Assembly (NCBI GenBank): GCA_036837375.1
Contig: DAITIG010000003.1
Coordinates: 2,255 to 66,254 of the forward strand
DNA: 64,000 nt
Reading direction: 5' to 3'
Source of the DNA: Dysgonamonadaceae bacterium
GTDB lineage: Bacteria; Bacteroidota; Bacteroidia; Bacteroidales; Dysgonomonadaceae
Shown: piece by piece, positions 32,773 through 42,175 of the stretch
Position numbering within the stretch: the stretch's first letter is position 1
Layout of the letters: each line of letters begins with the position of its first letter
Notes under the pieces: generated by a model
What the model was told of the DNA's origin: nothing
Seen by the model: only the letters and a program-made list of their open reading frames with translations
Databases searched by the model: none
Position numbers and translations under genes: made by a program

Positions 32773-33957
32773 TTAAAACATCTCTTTCGGATTTATTTTT
32801 AGAAACTCATTATAAGGAATTCCGCCTGTTCCAACGAGTAGCACTTTTTCAGGATGAAATCTTTCTGCAAAGAGTCCCATTCCTGCATTATTGGCTTTCA
32901 TTCCACTTTTTACTTCAAGTCCAATTACTTTCTTTCCTTTCTCCAATACAAAGTCAACTTCATTATTACCCTCACGCCAATAGTATAGGTTGTATCTTTC
33001 AGAAATAGAATGATTTATCAAATGTGCACCGACAGAAGATTCAACCAATCGCCCCCAAAACTCAGGATTGATCATTGCTTTTTCATAACTGTTATTGCTT
33101 TGAGCAGTAATCAGTGCATTGTTGTACACCTGAAATTTTGGGCTTGAGCTACGCTTACGAATTATATTGCCGGCGTATTTTTCTATACCTCCCAGCAAAC
33201 CACATTCAGACAAAAGTTGCAGATAATTAGCCAAAGTTGTTGTATTTCCGGCATCCTGGAGTTGCCCTAAGATTTTAGTGTAAGAAAGAATCTGTCCTGA
33301 ATATAAGCAACCCAATTCAAATAGCCGCTTCAACAAGGCCGGCTTATCAACTCTCGTAAGCATCAAAATGTCTTTGGATATACTCGTTTCTATCAGTGAA
33401 TCCTTTATATAGTTTTTCCAACGTTCTTCATCATTCATCAAGGTTGCCGAACCCGGATAGCCTCCAAAATATACATATTGTTCGATGCTCCATCCAAATG
33501 CTTCCTGCATTTCCGGATAAGACCAGTGTCCGAGGTGCAATATTTCAAAACGTCCGGCTAAAGATTCTGTCAATCCCTTTTGAATTAACAAACGAGATGA
33601 ACCAAGTAGGATCACTTTTATATTGACATTCTCACGGGTATCGTTATCCCATTGTTGCTTGACAACTTCACTCCAATTATCTATTTTTTGAATTTCGTCA
33701 ATTACTAACAGGTACTCTGTTGCGCCGGATGCTTTCATTCTCAATCTGACAGATTCCCATATCTGTATCAACCATGCAGAATTGGTGGCAGAAATAGCGT
33801 CTGCTGATTCATATGAGTTTGGAATTGATAGTTGAGGCAAGAGTTGGGTGATCATCGTGGTTTTTCCAACTTGACGAGGACCCAAAACAACCTGGATAAA
33901 TTTCCGGGGCTCTTCAATTCTCGCCTTAACCGTCTTTAAATATGATCTATGAAACAT
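32773..33957 (-). CDS. AAA+ ATPase (AAA_14) with C-terminal DUF4143 / PD-(D/E)xK-like domain
   Basis: GPRQVGKT Walker A, VIDEIQK Walker B, ESLAGR, GGYP and EVDF...LEVKSG; visibly AT-richer than its neighbours. Confidence 0.88.
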   Translation of the reverse strand: MFHRSYLKTVKARIEEPRKFIQVVLGPRQVGKTTMITQLLPQLSIPNSYESADAISATNSAWLIQIWESVRLRMKASGATEYLLVIDEIQKIDNWSEVVKQQWDNDTRENVNIKVILLGSSRLLIQKGLTESLAGRFEILHLGHWSYPEMQEAFGWSIEQYVYFGGYPGSATLMNDEERWKNYIKDSLIETSISKDILMLTRVDKPALLKRLFELGCLYSGQILSYTKILGQLQDAGNTTTLANYLQLLSECGLLGGIEKYAGNIIRKRSSSPKFQVYNNALITAQSNNSYEKAMINPEFWGRLVESSVGAHLINHSISERYNLYYWREGNNEVDFVLEKGKKVIGLEVKSGMKANNAGMGLFAERFHPEKVLLVGTGGIPYNEFLKINPKEMF

Positions 33958-33964
33958 GTCTTTT

Positions 33965-33997
33965 AATTTACTCAATATGAATAGCAAATTTACTCAA
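33965..33997. repeat. Two direct copies of AATTTACTCAA, 22 bp apart, over the AAA gene promoter
   Basis: Copies at 33965-33975 and 33987-33997; partial inverted copy TGAGTAAA at 34056-34063; overlaps the -7 element at 33985-33992. Confidence 0.6.
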
Positions 33998-34195
33998 AAT
34001 TTCATCATATACAAATAGTTTATGCCAAACTTTTCACAATTAATCCATATCTGTATGAGTAAACGCTAAGATTCAATGGTTTTCAGATCATTCATTCTCC
34101 GGCGTCTGCCCTGCCTCGCAGGATGCGTGTATGTTTAAAATGCACCCGTAGCATCTTCCCAAAGATGACGGAGATGCAAAAGTGAGACTTTGCTT

Positions 34196-34651
34196 CTATT
34201 GCCGGGGTGGTACAAATGTCTCGAAAGTGTTGTCGTTGTAATAGATGATTATTTGGGTGATTTTTCTTTCATGCTTCTGAACGGATGAAATCCGCTTATC
34301 ATCAGCACTTTTATCCTTTCCGGGGAGGTCATTTACCCGCATTTCCTGCTCATCATTGGTTTGCACCTCTCTCTCTGTCCGTTCTGGCTCACTCTGATGA
34401 AACAAATCGGGCTCTTTTTTGAGGCTGCCGGGATCGATCCCTTCTTTATAGATGGAACCGGTACCATTCAGCAGCCACTCGGGATTGATATACGCCATCT
34501 CCCCCAAAATCTTTGTCACCACATCCAGACTTGGATTGTTCCTACCGTTCAGGATATGAGAGATGACTGCACGGTTGATCTGTAGCCGGTCAGCAAACCG
34601 GGTCGGGGTAAGATGCTCGATCTCCATGATCTTTTTAATGCGATCCTTCAT
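34196..34651 (-). CDS. XRE-family helix-turn-helix protein with conserved C-terminal beta motif
   Basis: FADRLQINRAVISHILNGRNNPSLD HTH, INPEWLLNGTG, acidic linker and KITQIIIYYNDNTFETF tail. Confidence 0.9.
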   Translation of the reverse strand: MKDRIKKIMEIEHLTPTRFADRLQINRAVISHILNGRNNPSLDVVTKILGEMAYINPEWLLNGTGSIYKEGIDPGSLKKEPDLFHQSEPERTEREVQTNDEQEMRVNDLPGKDKSADDKRISSVQKHERKITQIIIYYNDNTFETFVPPRQ

Positions 34652-34701
34652 AGCTTCGCTGTTTCAGGTTGAATCCATATTTATGCAGGCGACCAAACGA
34701 T

Positions 34702-35149
34702 TCACAAATGTAGGAATAATAATTTACAAATACACCAAAGTATAAAATAGATACGTAAATTACAAATCCAAACAAAAGAGGTGACATTTGTAAACTGTTG
34801 ATCCAAATGACATCTTATCCAAATGTATCGTAGCGTAATTTACACTTTATATAATTTCTTTTTATTACTCATATACAACTTATTAAAAGTATATTCAATC
34901 CGATTTTTAACAATAAACCCTTCATCTTTGACCCTTCCCTGGTTCAAATCTAATTTATCGCTTATCGATATCGCATCATCAATCTGGTGTGGAGATTTTT
35001 AAGATTAAATACATTGTTACAATCAATTTGTTAAACCGGCGAATAAAGAAATGTATCGCAATATATATCTGTATCATTTCAGGTGCAATACAAATGTATT
35101 TTTTCTGAATGAAACATTTGTTACCAATGTGATCCGAATCTATTGTAAC
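34702..35149. repeat. Dispersed array of degenerate palindromes WWACAAATGTWW in an AT-rich spacer
   Basis: Copies at 34702, 34724, 34760, 34782, 34801, 34817, 35009, 35045, 35087 (AATACAAATGTATT), 35112, 35121 and 35138. Confidence 0.65.
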
Positions 35150-35239
35150 CTTCCATCCCAAGTAATGATGGATTTGTTGTTATCATGTGACGGCAGCTGA
35201 ACCGTTCAGGAGCAATGTTTGTTATACAAGAAAAAAAAT

Positions 35240-35866
35240 ATGAGAATGGAAAAGAGATGGATCGGCGTGATGATCATTGGATTTTTGATGATCAGCACTC
35301 TTGTGTGCAATGGCCAGAACAAACAGAATCAGGAGGCGAAAGAGGCATTGACGGATAAACCTGACAGGGAGCCTTCAGCTACATACCGTACGCTGCACGA
35401 TTTCACGGTAAAGGATATCGACGGGAATGAATTCGACCTGGCCACCCTGAAAGGTAAAAAGGTGCTGGTGGTGAATGTCGCTTCCCGCTGTGGGCTGACA
35501 CCCCAGTATGAAGAGCTGCAAAAGCTATACAGCATCTATCAGGATAAGGGTTTCACACTCATCGGATTCCCGGCCAACAACTTCAACGGTCAGGAACCCG
35601 GTACGAATGAGGAAATAAAGGAGTTCTGCACCGGCAATTATGGCGTCACCTTCCCCATGATGGCCAAGATCAGCGTGAAAGGAGAAGATATGGCTCCGCT
35701 CTACCGCTGGCTTACCCAAAAGGCAGAAAACGGGGTGATGGATCAGGAGGTGACCTGGAATTTCCAGAAGTTCATGATCGATGAGGAGGGGCGCCTGGTA
35801 GATGTGGTGATGCCCAGAGAGAGTCCCTTGAGCGACAAGATCGTCGAATGGATCCGGCAGGACTAA
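35240..35866 (+). CDS. Glutathione peroxidase family thiol peroxidase with N-terminal export signal
   Basis: NVASRCGLT, FPANNF..QEPG and WNFQKF; hydrophobic N-terminus. Confidence 0.93.
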   Translation: MRMEKRWIGVMIIGFLMISTLVCNGQNKQNQEAKEALTDKPDREPSATYRTLHDFTVKDIDGNEFDLATLKGKKVLVVNVASRCGLTPQYEELQKLYSIYQDKGFTLIGFPANNFNGQEPGTNEEIKEFCTGNYGVTFPMMAKISVKGEDMAPLYRWLTQKAENGVMDQEVTWNFQKFMIDEEGRLVDVVMPRESPLSDKIVEWIRQD

Positions 35867-36885
35867 TGCATGATCCGGTATACCAGCTCGCGCAGCAGCT
35901 CATGCTGAGAGGCCGATACGTTGTCCACCCCCTTTGAGGCGGCGTCGAAGCGCCGCAGCTCGGAGATGATCTCCATCACCTTGGCTGCGCTGTAGTGCTT
36001 CAGCCCTGTCATGTAATCGCGTGCAAAATAGGAGCTTCTGATCTGCAATGCGGCCATCACCGACTGTTCATCCCTGCGGGGAAGCCAGTAGCACTCCAGC
36101 AGGTTGCTAAAATAGTTGAAGAGCAGAGCCACGGTAGCCATCATCGGGTATTCCTTCGGGTTTTTGCCGAAGTGGTCCACGATACGGTTTGCCGTCAGCA
36201 GATCCTTGCGGATGATGGCTTTCTGCAGCTCGAAAGTATTGAAATCCTTGCTGATACCCACGTTCTGTTCAACCAGTTCCGCCGTGACTCTTTTGGTTCC
36301 ACGGGGGAGGGATACCACCAGCTTTTCCATCTGAGGAATCAGTTTGCTGATGTCGTTGCCCACATTATCCGTTAGCATCTGTGCCGATTTCTCGTCGATG
36401 GTGACACCCTGTTCTTTGAACCATGAGACAATAAAAGGGGGGATCTGGTTGTCGTACAGCTTTTTCGAATCAAAAACCACACCGATCTTATCGATATGCT
36501 TCGCCACTGTTCTTCGTTTGTCCACCGTGCCGTGACGGTAGTTAATCACCAGCACGGTTGAGGGCATCGGGTTACTGACATAATGATCCAGCTCTTCGAA
36601 CTTTGACAGGTTTTGTGCTTCCTTCACCACGATCAGCTGACGCTCAGCCATCATGGGGTAACGGCGGGCTGCCGAGATGATGGCGTGCACGTCAGCATCC
36701 ACTCCGTAGAAGGTGAGCATATTGAAATCCTTCTCCGTCTCGGTGAGCACCTTTTCTTCCAGCAGGTCGGTGAGTTGGTCAATGAAGTAGCCCTCTTCGC
36801 CCATCAGCAGGTAGACCGGTCTGAACCGTCCCTGCAGGATATCGGCCCGTATGGCCTCGTAACTGTTTATCGTTGATGTTGCCAT
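35863..36885 (-). CDS. holA: DNA polymerase III delta subunit
   Basis: PVYLLMGEEGYFID, ARRYPMMAERQ and VGISKDFN. Confidence 0.93.
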   Translation of the reverse strand: MATSTINSYEAIRADILQGRFRPVYLLMGEEGYFIDQLTDLLEEKVLTETEKDFNMLTFYGVDADVHAIISAARRYPMMAERQLIVVKEAQNLSKFEELDHYVSNPMPSTVLVINYRHGTVDKRRTVAKHIDKIGVVFDSKKLYDNQIPPFIVSWFKEQGVTIDEKSAQMLTDNVGNDISKLIPQMEKLVVSLPRGTKRVTAELVEQNVGISKDFNTFELQKAIIRKDLLTANRIVDHFGKNPKEYPMMATVALLFNYFSNLLECYWLPRRDEQSVMAALQIRSSYFARDYMTGLKHYSAAKVMEIISELRRFDAASKGVDNVSASQHELLRELVYRIMH

Positions 36886-36910
36886 TTTTCAGGATTGGTT
36901 TTGTTGCCGG

Positions 36911-37687
36911 TCACCAGTCGAAGCGCAGATGCTTGATGGTAGTTCCGTTGTTCATGATGGAGGACAGAGACTTGATCCCTATCTTCACATGTTCTTCCAC
37001 GAAGTTCTCCGTAACATGTTGATCACTCTTTTCTGTTTTCACGCCGGTGGAGATCATCGGCTGATCGGAGACCAGCAACAGAGCCCCGGTGGAGATGTGG
37101 TTAGCAAAACCGCAGGTGAAGAGCGTGGCAGTCTCCATATCGACTGCCAACACGCGCACCTTCCTGAGATACTCCTTGAAGTCATCGTCATACTCCCACA
37201 CCCTGCGGTTGGTGGTGTATACCGTACCGGTCCAATAGTCCCTTCCAAAGTCGCGAATATTGGATGAGACGGCACGCAGAAGGCTGAAAGCCGGCAGAGA
37301 GGGCACCTCGGGAGGAAAGTAATCGTTGGAGGTTCCCTCGCCTCTGATGGCGGCGATCGGCAGGATATAGTCTCCCAACTCGCTACGAGCCTTCAGTCCG
37401 CCGCACTTGCCCAGAAAGAGTACAGCCATGGGTTTCACAGCACTCAGGAGATCCATTATCGTGGCGGCGTTGGCACTTCCCATGCCGAAATTGATGATGG
37501 TGATCCCATCGGCAGAGGCGTTGGGCATGTTGGCATCAGCTCCCACGATGGGCACGTTAAAGTGTTCAGCGAAGATCTCCACATACTTCTGGAAGTTGGT
37601 CAGCAGGATAAAGCCGGTGAAATCCGCCAGTGCTCTTTTGGTATACCGGGGAAGCCAGTTTTCCACGATTTCTTGTTTCGTTCTCAT
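36911..37687 (-). CDS. amn: AMP nucleosidase (Bacteroidota short type)
   Basis: NWLPRYT, FGMGSANAAT, GKCGGL, DMETAT and LLVSD; -7 element at 37731-37738. Confidence 0.9.
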   Translation of the reverse strand: MRTKQEIVENWLPRYTKRALADFTGFILLTNFQKYVEIFAEHFNVPIVGADANMPNASADGITIINFGMGSANAATIMDLLSAVKPMAVLFLGKCGGLKARSELGDYILPIAAIRGEGTSNDYFPPEVPSLPAFSLLRAVSSNIRDFGRDYWTGTVYTTNRRVWEYDDDFKEYLRKVRVLAVDMETATLFTCGFANHISTGALLLVSDQPMISTGVKTEKSDQHVTENFVEEHVKIGIKSLSSIMNNGTTIKHLRFDW

Positions 37688-37742
37688 AAAAAAGCGCTAT
37701 TTTTGTTCTGAGCGAGTCCTGTTCTGCAAACAAAGATACAAC

Positions 37743-38192
37743 ATGTACGCGTTAAATTTGCCATCCTACGAAGCAAAAATCCGAAAAAAGGACGATATGC
37801 CGGAGATCTTTGATCCCCTGCGGAGGAAGTATGTGGCGCTGACACCGGAGGAGTGGGTTCGACAACATTTTGTGCACTACCTGGTTAAGGAGAAGGGTTA
37901 TCCTGCCTCACGCATTGCCAATGAAACCGCCATAAGGCTCAACTCGCTCTCGCGCAGATGCGATACGGTGGTTTACAACAAACAGCTCGAACCGCTGATG
38001 ATCCTGGAGTACAAGGAACCGCGGGTGACCATCACCCAGCAGGTGTTCGACCAGGTAGCGCGCTACAACAGTGTGCTGCGGGTACCCTATATCGTAGTGT
38101 CGAACGGCATCAGCCACTTTTGTTACCGGATCGATTATGCCACTCAGGAATACCAATTTTTGACCGATATCCCGCCATATAAGGAGTTGTGA
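37743..38192 (+). CDS. Stand-alone HsdR N-terminal domain protein
   Basis: IFDPLRRKYVALTPEEWVRQ, RRCDTVV, ILEYK and QVARYN; -7 element TATTTTTG at 37698-37705. Confidence 0.88.
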   Translation: MYALNLPSYEAKIRKKDDMPEIFDPLRRKYVALTPEEWVRQHFVHYLVKEKGYPASRIANETAIRLNSLSRRCDTVVYNKQLEPLMILEYKEPRVTITQQVFDQVARYNSVLRVPYIVVSNGISHFCYRIDYATQEYQFLTDIPPYKEL

Positions 38193-38231
38193 TTTTCAGC
38201 TCTAAGCTGTACGCGATAAGCTGTCTGCTTT

Positions 38232-38265
38232 CCTACCAACCTGCCAACCTGCCAACCTGCCAACT
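38232..38265. repeat. 8-bp tandem repeat (CCTGCCAA) x ~4
   Basis: cctaccaa cctgccaa cctgccaa cctgccaa ct, abutting the panB stop codon. Confidence 0.85.
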
Positions 38266-39097
38266 AGTAAGACTCCTTTTCGGAGGGAAAATCAGCCGTT
38301 TTAACGTCTTTGATGTATTGCTGGACAGCCAGGGTGATCTCATCGAACAGATTGGCGTAGCGGCGCAGGAAACGGGGTGAGAAGCCCTTGTTCAGCCCCA
38401 GCATGTCATGCATCACCAGCACCTGGCCATCCACATGGGGTCCGGCACCGATGCCGATGACCGGAATGGTCAGCTCTTCAGCAACCCTTTTCGCCAGTTG
38501 TGAGGGTATCTTCTCCAGCACCAGGGAGCAGCAACCAGCCTCCTGTAGCAGATGTGCGTCATCAACCAGTCGCAATGCCTCCGCCTCCTCCTCAGCACGA
38601 ACAGCGTAGGTGCCATATTTGTTGATCGACTGCGGCATCAGACCCAGGTGTCCCATGATGGGAATGCCGGTACTGAGGATCAGCTTCACCGATTCCAGGA
38701 TCTCCTTTCCACCCTCCAGCTTGAGGCAGTCGGCTCCGGTTTCTTTCATGATGCGCACCGCATTGGCTACCGCCTCACGCGGGTTACCCTGGTAGCTGCC
38801 GAAAGGCATGTCGATCACCACCATGGCTCTATTCACGCCGTTCATCACCGCTTTGCCGTGGTAGATCATCTGCTCCACGGTCATGGGGAGCGTGGTGGTG
38901 TTACCCACCATCACGTTCGATGCAGAGTCACCCACCAGAATCACATCCATACCGGCCTGGTCGATCACCGTCGCCATTGAATAGTCGTATGCGGTGAGCA
39001 TTGATATCTTCTCTCCCCGCTGTTTCATTTCCAGCAGGCGGAGTGTGGTCACTTTTCTTTTATCACCGGCTGACAGATATTCTTTTTGCTTTTCCAT
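38264..39097 (-). CDS. panB: 3-methyl-2-oxobutanoate hydroxymethyltransferase
   Basis: [31 protein letters not shown] and DGQVLV; -7 element at 39129-39136. Confidence 0.97.
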   Translation of the reverse strand: MEKQKEYLSAGDKRKVTTLRLLEMKQRGEKISMLTAYDYSMATVIDQAGMDVILVGDSASNVMVGNTTTLPMTVEQMIYHGKAVMNGVNRAMVVIDMPFGSYQGNPREAVANAVRIMKETGADCLKLEGGKEILESVKLILSTGIPIMGHLGLMPQSINKYGTYAVRAEEEAEALRLVDDAHLLQEAGCCSLVLEKIPSQLAKRVAEELTIPVIGIGAGPHVDGQVLVMHDMLGLNKGFSPRFLRRYANLFDEITLAVQQYIKDVKTADFPSEKESY

Positions 39098-39154
39098 AGA
39101 GGATGATTTGAAAATTGTTTGTGTGATGCAAATGTACGATATTCATACCACATC

Positions 39155-39191
39155 AAAAAAAAAAGAGTCGGGAGTGTATCTCCTGACTCTT
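39155..39191 (-). terminator. Intrinsic terminator after the OmpP1/FadL-like gene
   Basis: aagagtcgggag-tgtat-ctcctgactctt stem plus long T-tract on the minus strand. Confidence 0.8.
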
Positions 39192-39214
39192 CCTGTATGT
39201 TTCGTTTCATTCTT

Positions 39215-40765
39215 TCAGAACTTGTATCCCAGCGTGATCAATCCCTTCAGGGAACTATTTTTCAACTTGAATGGTGAAGCGTCAACCGCAAGTGTTTCGC
39301 CTTCATAATAGTTGGGGAAAGGATAGAGATCATCGGTCTGACTGCTGTACACAACGGCCATATCGATAAAGAAGTTCCTGTTGAAGCGATAACCAAGTCC
39401 TCCCGTCAGATAATTGGTGTCTCCCTCAATCCGGTAGATGGCGTTCGATCCGGCAATGACTGCATCACCGAACTCTGCCAAATCGCTGTCGTAAGGGTTC
39501 TGCATCCAGGCATAGCCAAGGCGGCCGGAGAACTGCTGAGTGAAACGATATTCCACACCGGCACGAATGGTCGACGCCCGCCGGAAATCCATCTTGATAA
39601 ACTCGTTGTCCACATCATACCACTCTTCTCTTTCGTAAGCCCCTGATGGAACCGACAGCTTCATGTTCGAATAGTCCGTTAGCTCATAGTCGAGGCTGGC
39701 AATGAAACGGTTTCCCTGTACCGTGGCGATGCTGGCTACCAGTTTGCCGGGTGTTTTCAGGTCGTAATCGTTGGCAAAAGACCCGGAACGGATTACTGCC
39801 GGTTTATAATCGGGATCTGTCACATATGCTCCCATATCATCGTCGATTTGCGCTTTATAGGTCTCGGTCAGTGCGTACCAGGTAGGGGTATGGTAAGCCA
39901 GTCCCAGCCGCAGCTCGTTCACCGGCCGGTAGATTGCCCCGAACTTGGCACTGAACCCGGCACCACTGGTAGTAAGCCAGTTGGTGAGGGTGTAACCGCC
40001 GTCATCAAAATCTTCCAGGTAGTCGGAAACCAGGCTGTAGGAGACATCCTTGATGGAGAGTGCCAGTCCCAGGTTAAGCACGTTGCCCAGGGTGGTTCCC
40101 ACCGTGAAGTCATAGTTATCAATGTAACCCCTCTCACGAAGTCGTATCTCATTGACAGGATTTGGCTCAGTGGTGACCGGTTGATATTGCGTACCCTGAT
40201 CATCCACCGGGTCAATCAACCAGGAGTTGTAGGCGAGTACTGTCAGCCAGGGCATATCCCAAAATGGATTGGGGAGATTATCTCCCATCTCCAGTAGCAG
40301 AGGATCATAACCGGCGCTGGTTTTGGCAATGTAATCGATCAGTGTGCCTTTGGCAGTGCCGATGGCCGAGATGTTCTTGTTGAACGACTTAAGCTTGTTG
40401 TAGGAGAAGCCGAAGTTGATCAGCGGTATCGCGTCGTTGCGCAGCGGAAAGTAACCGACAAAGCCAAGGTTGTCCATGTCGAAACGATTTTTGTCGGCGG
40501 TCCGATTACCGACAACCGACCTGTTGCGCTGCAGATTGAAGGTTCCTACCACTTCTGAGCTGCGATAAATGCCGATACCGGCGGGGTTGATGGTCAGCGC
40601 ACTCAGATCGCCACCCAGGGCCCCAAATGCACCACCCATCGACATGGCCCGCGCTGTTCCGTAGAGCCCTTCACGGGAGAAGCGCAGGGCATCCACCTCC
40701 CCCTGTGCAAAGAGGGAAGAGGATACTATCAGCAAAGCGCTGACAAGATATGTGATTTTATTCAT
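39215..40765 (-). CDS. OmpP1/FadL-family outer-membrane beta-barrel
   Basis: Signal peptide; GTARAMSMGGAFGALGGD and NPAGIG hatch motif; C-terminal LGYKF. Confidence 0.85.
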   Translation of the reverse strand: MNKITYLVSALLIVSSSLFAQGEVDALRFSREGLYGTARAMSMGGAFGALGGDLSALTINPAGIGIYRSSEVVGTFNLQRNRSVVGNRTADKNRFDMDNLGFVGYFPLRNDAIPLINFGFSYNKLKSFNKNISAIGTAKGTLIDYIAKTSAGYDPLLLEMGDNLPNPFWDMPWLTVLAYNSWLIDPVDDQGTQYQPVTTEPNPVNEIRLRERGYIDNYDFTVGTTLGNVLNLGLALSIKDVSYSLVSDYLEDFDDGGYTLTNWLTTSGAGFSAKFGAIYRPVNELRLGLAYHTPTWYALTETYKAQIDDDMGAYVTDPDYKPAVIRSGSFANDYDLKTPGKLVASIATVQGNRFIASLDYELTDYSNMKLSVPSGAYEREEWYDVDNEFIKMDFRRASTIRAGVEYRFTQQFSGRLGYAWMQNPYDSDLAEFGDAVIAGSNAIYRIEGDTNYLTGGLGYRFNRNFFIDMAVVYSSQTDDLYPFPNYYEGETLAVDASPFKLKNSSLKGLITLGYKF

Positions 40766-40822
40766 ATTAAGTTGACATTATGTTTGTAAAAACCAATTCT
40801 ATCTGCTGTTCCATTCATTCAG

Positions 40823-42124
40823 TTACCTGCGCCCACCGCCGGAGCTGCGTCCAGAAGAAGATCCGGAGCTGGAAGATGTGCTGCGGCTGGGAGCAGAGTA
40901 GGTGGAACTGCTACGGGTAGAGCTGCTCTCCGACGGGGTTCTGTATGTGGATGAACGGCTCGACTCGGTGCTCCGTGAGGGGGTATTGTAGTTACCGCTC
41001 CGGGTAGTGGAAGTGGTAGTGGAACGCTGATAGGTAGAGCTGCTTCTGCCGGAAGAAGTGGAGCTTCTCTCGTATGTCCTGTCGCTGCTGCCACTTCTAC
41101 TGGTGGAATAGCTTTGCGTGCGGCTGGAGGGAGTAGTTCCGTAAACCGATCTGTTTTGGGTGGTGCCACTTCGTTCAATAACCCTACCTGTTCTGGAGTC
41201 AAGCACCCTGCCGTTGTTGTCGATGATACGTGTTCTGGGTGTGTTGACGGAGCGGCTATCAGCTGTCCTAGTCCTGCCGGAGAGAGCACTTCGAGTAGTT
41301 GTGGCGGTACTGCTTCTAACTGACAGGGCTGATCGTGTGGCCGATGACCTGCCTGAGAGTCCGGCAGTGAGGGAGCTGTTCCTGTTGGCTGTACTTCTTC
41401 TGTAAGCACTGCTGCTTCTTCCGGAACGGTTGTGTGTCAGACTGCTGTAATAGCCGTCATAAAAGCCGTATGTATAGCCGCCGTAAAAACCGCCATAACC
41501 ATAATACCAGGGATCATACCGCCCACCATAGTACCAGGGACTGTACCAGGGACTGTACCAGGGACTGTACCAGCTGTAGTACCAGGGAGCGTGCCAGAAG
41601 CTCCAGCCGTAGTAGGGACCGAACCCATACCAGGGGTGATACCAGTGGCTGTAGTACCTGGGATAGTAACCCATGCCCCAGCCCATTCCGAAGTAGAAAT
41701 TGCTATGCCAGCCCCGGTTGTTGTAGTTCTCATAGATATCATCACCTATGTATACGATCACCTCATCAGCACCTGTGATCTTGATGCTTGATTCAGGATC
41801 GTGGAAACGAACAATACGGTCGGTGTATTGATATTCCTCATAGTCGAGTGAGTCACCGCTGTATATTTCATCGCCGTCCATGGTATTACGAGATCCCCTC
41901 CGGTTGTACTCATCGATATCTCTGCCGTTGGCCTGTACTTCCATATTGGAAGCATCGCCCTGCACGATGACCACCTTTTTCTTCTGCGGTTCTTTCACCT
42001 TCACCTCTGCTTTCACCGTCTCCTTCTGAGTTGGATCAGCATAGATATCATCCCATTCCTGGGTGAAACCGAAGAGAGGTATGGCAGCCATCAACAGTGC
42101 CAGTAAAAATTTATTCGTTTTCAT
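40823..42124 (-). CDS. Secreted protein with Tyr/Trp/Gly-rich middle and Ser/Arg/Thr-rich low-complexity tail
   Basis: Signal peptide, WDDIY, DIDEYNRR and YTDRIVRFH; PWY repeats; 200-aa S/R/T tail. Confidence 0.8.
   Translation of the reverse strand: MKTNKFLLALLMAAIPLFGFTQEWDDIYADPTQKETVKAEVKVKEPQKKKVVIVQGDASNMEVQANGRDIDEYNRRGSRNTMDGDEIYSGDSLDYEEYQYTDRIVRFHDPESSIKITGADEVIVYIGDDIYENYNNRGWHSNFYFGMGWGMGYYPRYYSHWYHPWYGFGPYYGWSFWHAPWYYSWYSPWYSPWYSPWYYGGRYDPWYYGYGGFYGGYTYGFYDGYYSSLTHNRSGRSSSAYRRSTANRNSSLTAGLSGRSSATRSALSVRSSTATTTRSALSGRTRTADSRSVNTPRTRIIDNNGRVLDSRTGRVIERSGTTQNRSVYGTTPSSRTQSYSTSRSGSSDRTYERSSTSSGRSSSTYQRSTTTSTTRSGNYNTPSRSTESSRSSTYRTPSESSSTRSSSTYSAPSRSTSSSSGSSSGRSSGGGRR
41531..41575. 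repeat. Coding 12-bp tandem repeat GTACCAGGGACT x3+ (SPWY)
   Basis: Three exact copies at 41531-41566 plus a partial fourth. Confidence 0.9.
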
Positions 42125-42175
42125 CGTTTCTCCCCATTGATTGTTGTTTGTGATCTGTTTTTACTTTTACTATGT

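Noticed and set aside
32652..33008. 118-aa plus-strand ORF
   Set aside because: Mostly antisense to the AAA gene, with no recognisable domain
34652..35239. AT-rich spacer as oriC or a CRISPR array
   Set aside because: No TTATCCACA DnaA-box cluster, no parS, dnaA or gidA; a dif-like site lies 26 kb away; the repeats are short, degenerate and irregularly spaced
37743..38192. Type I restriction-modification system
   Set aside because: Only the HsdR N-terminal domain is present; no helicase, hsdM or hsdS in the window
40819..41791. Overlapping Pro/Thr-rich ORFs with repeats
   Set aside because: Alternative frames of the low-complexity 40823-42124 gene
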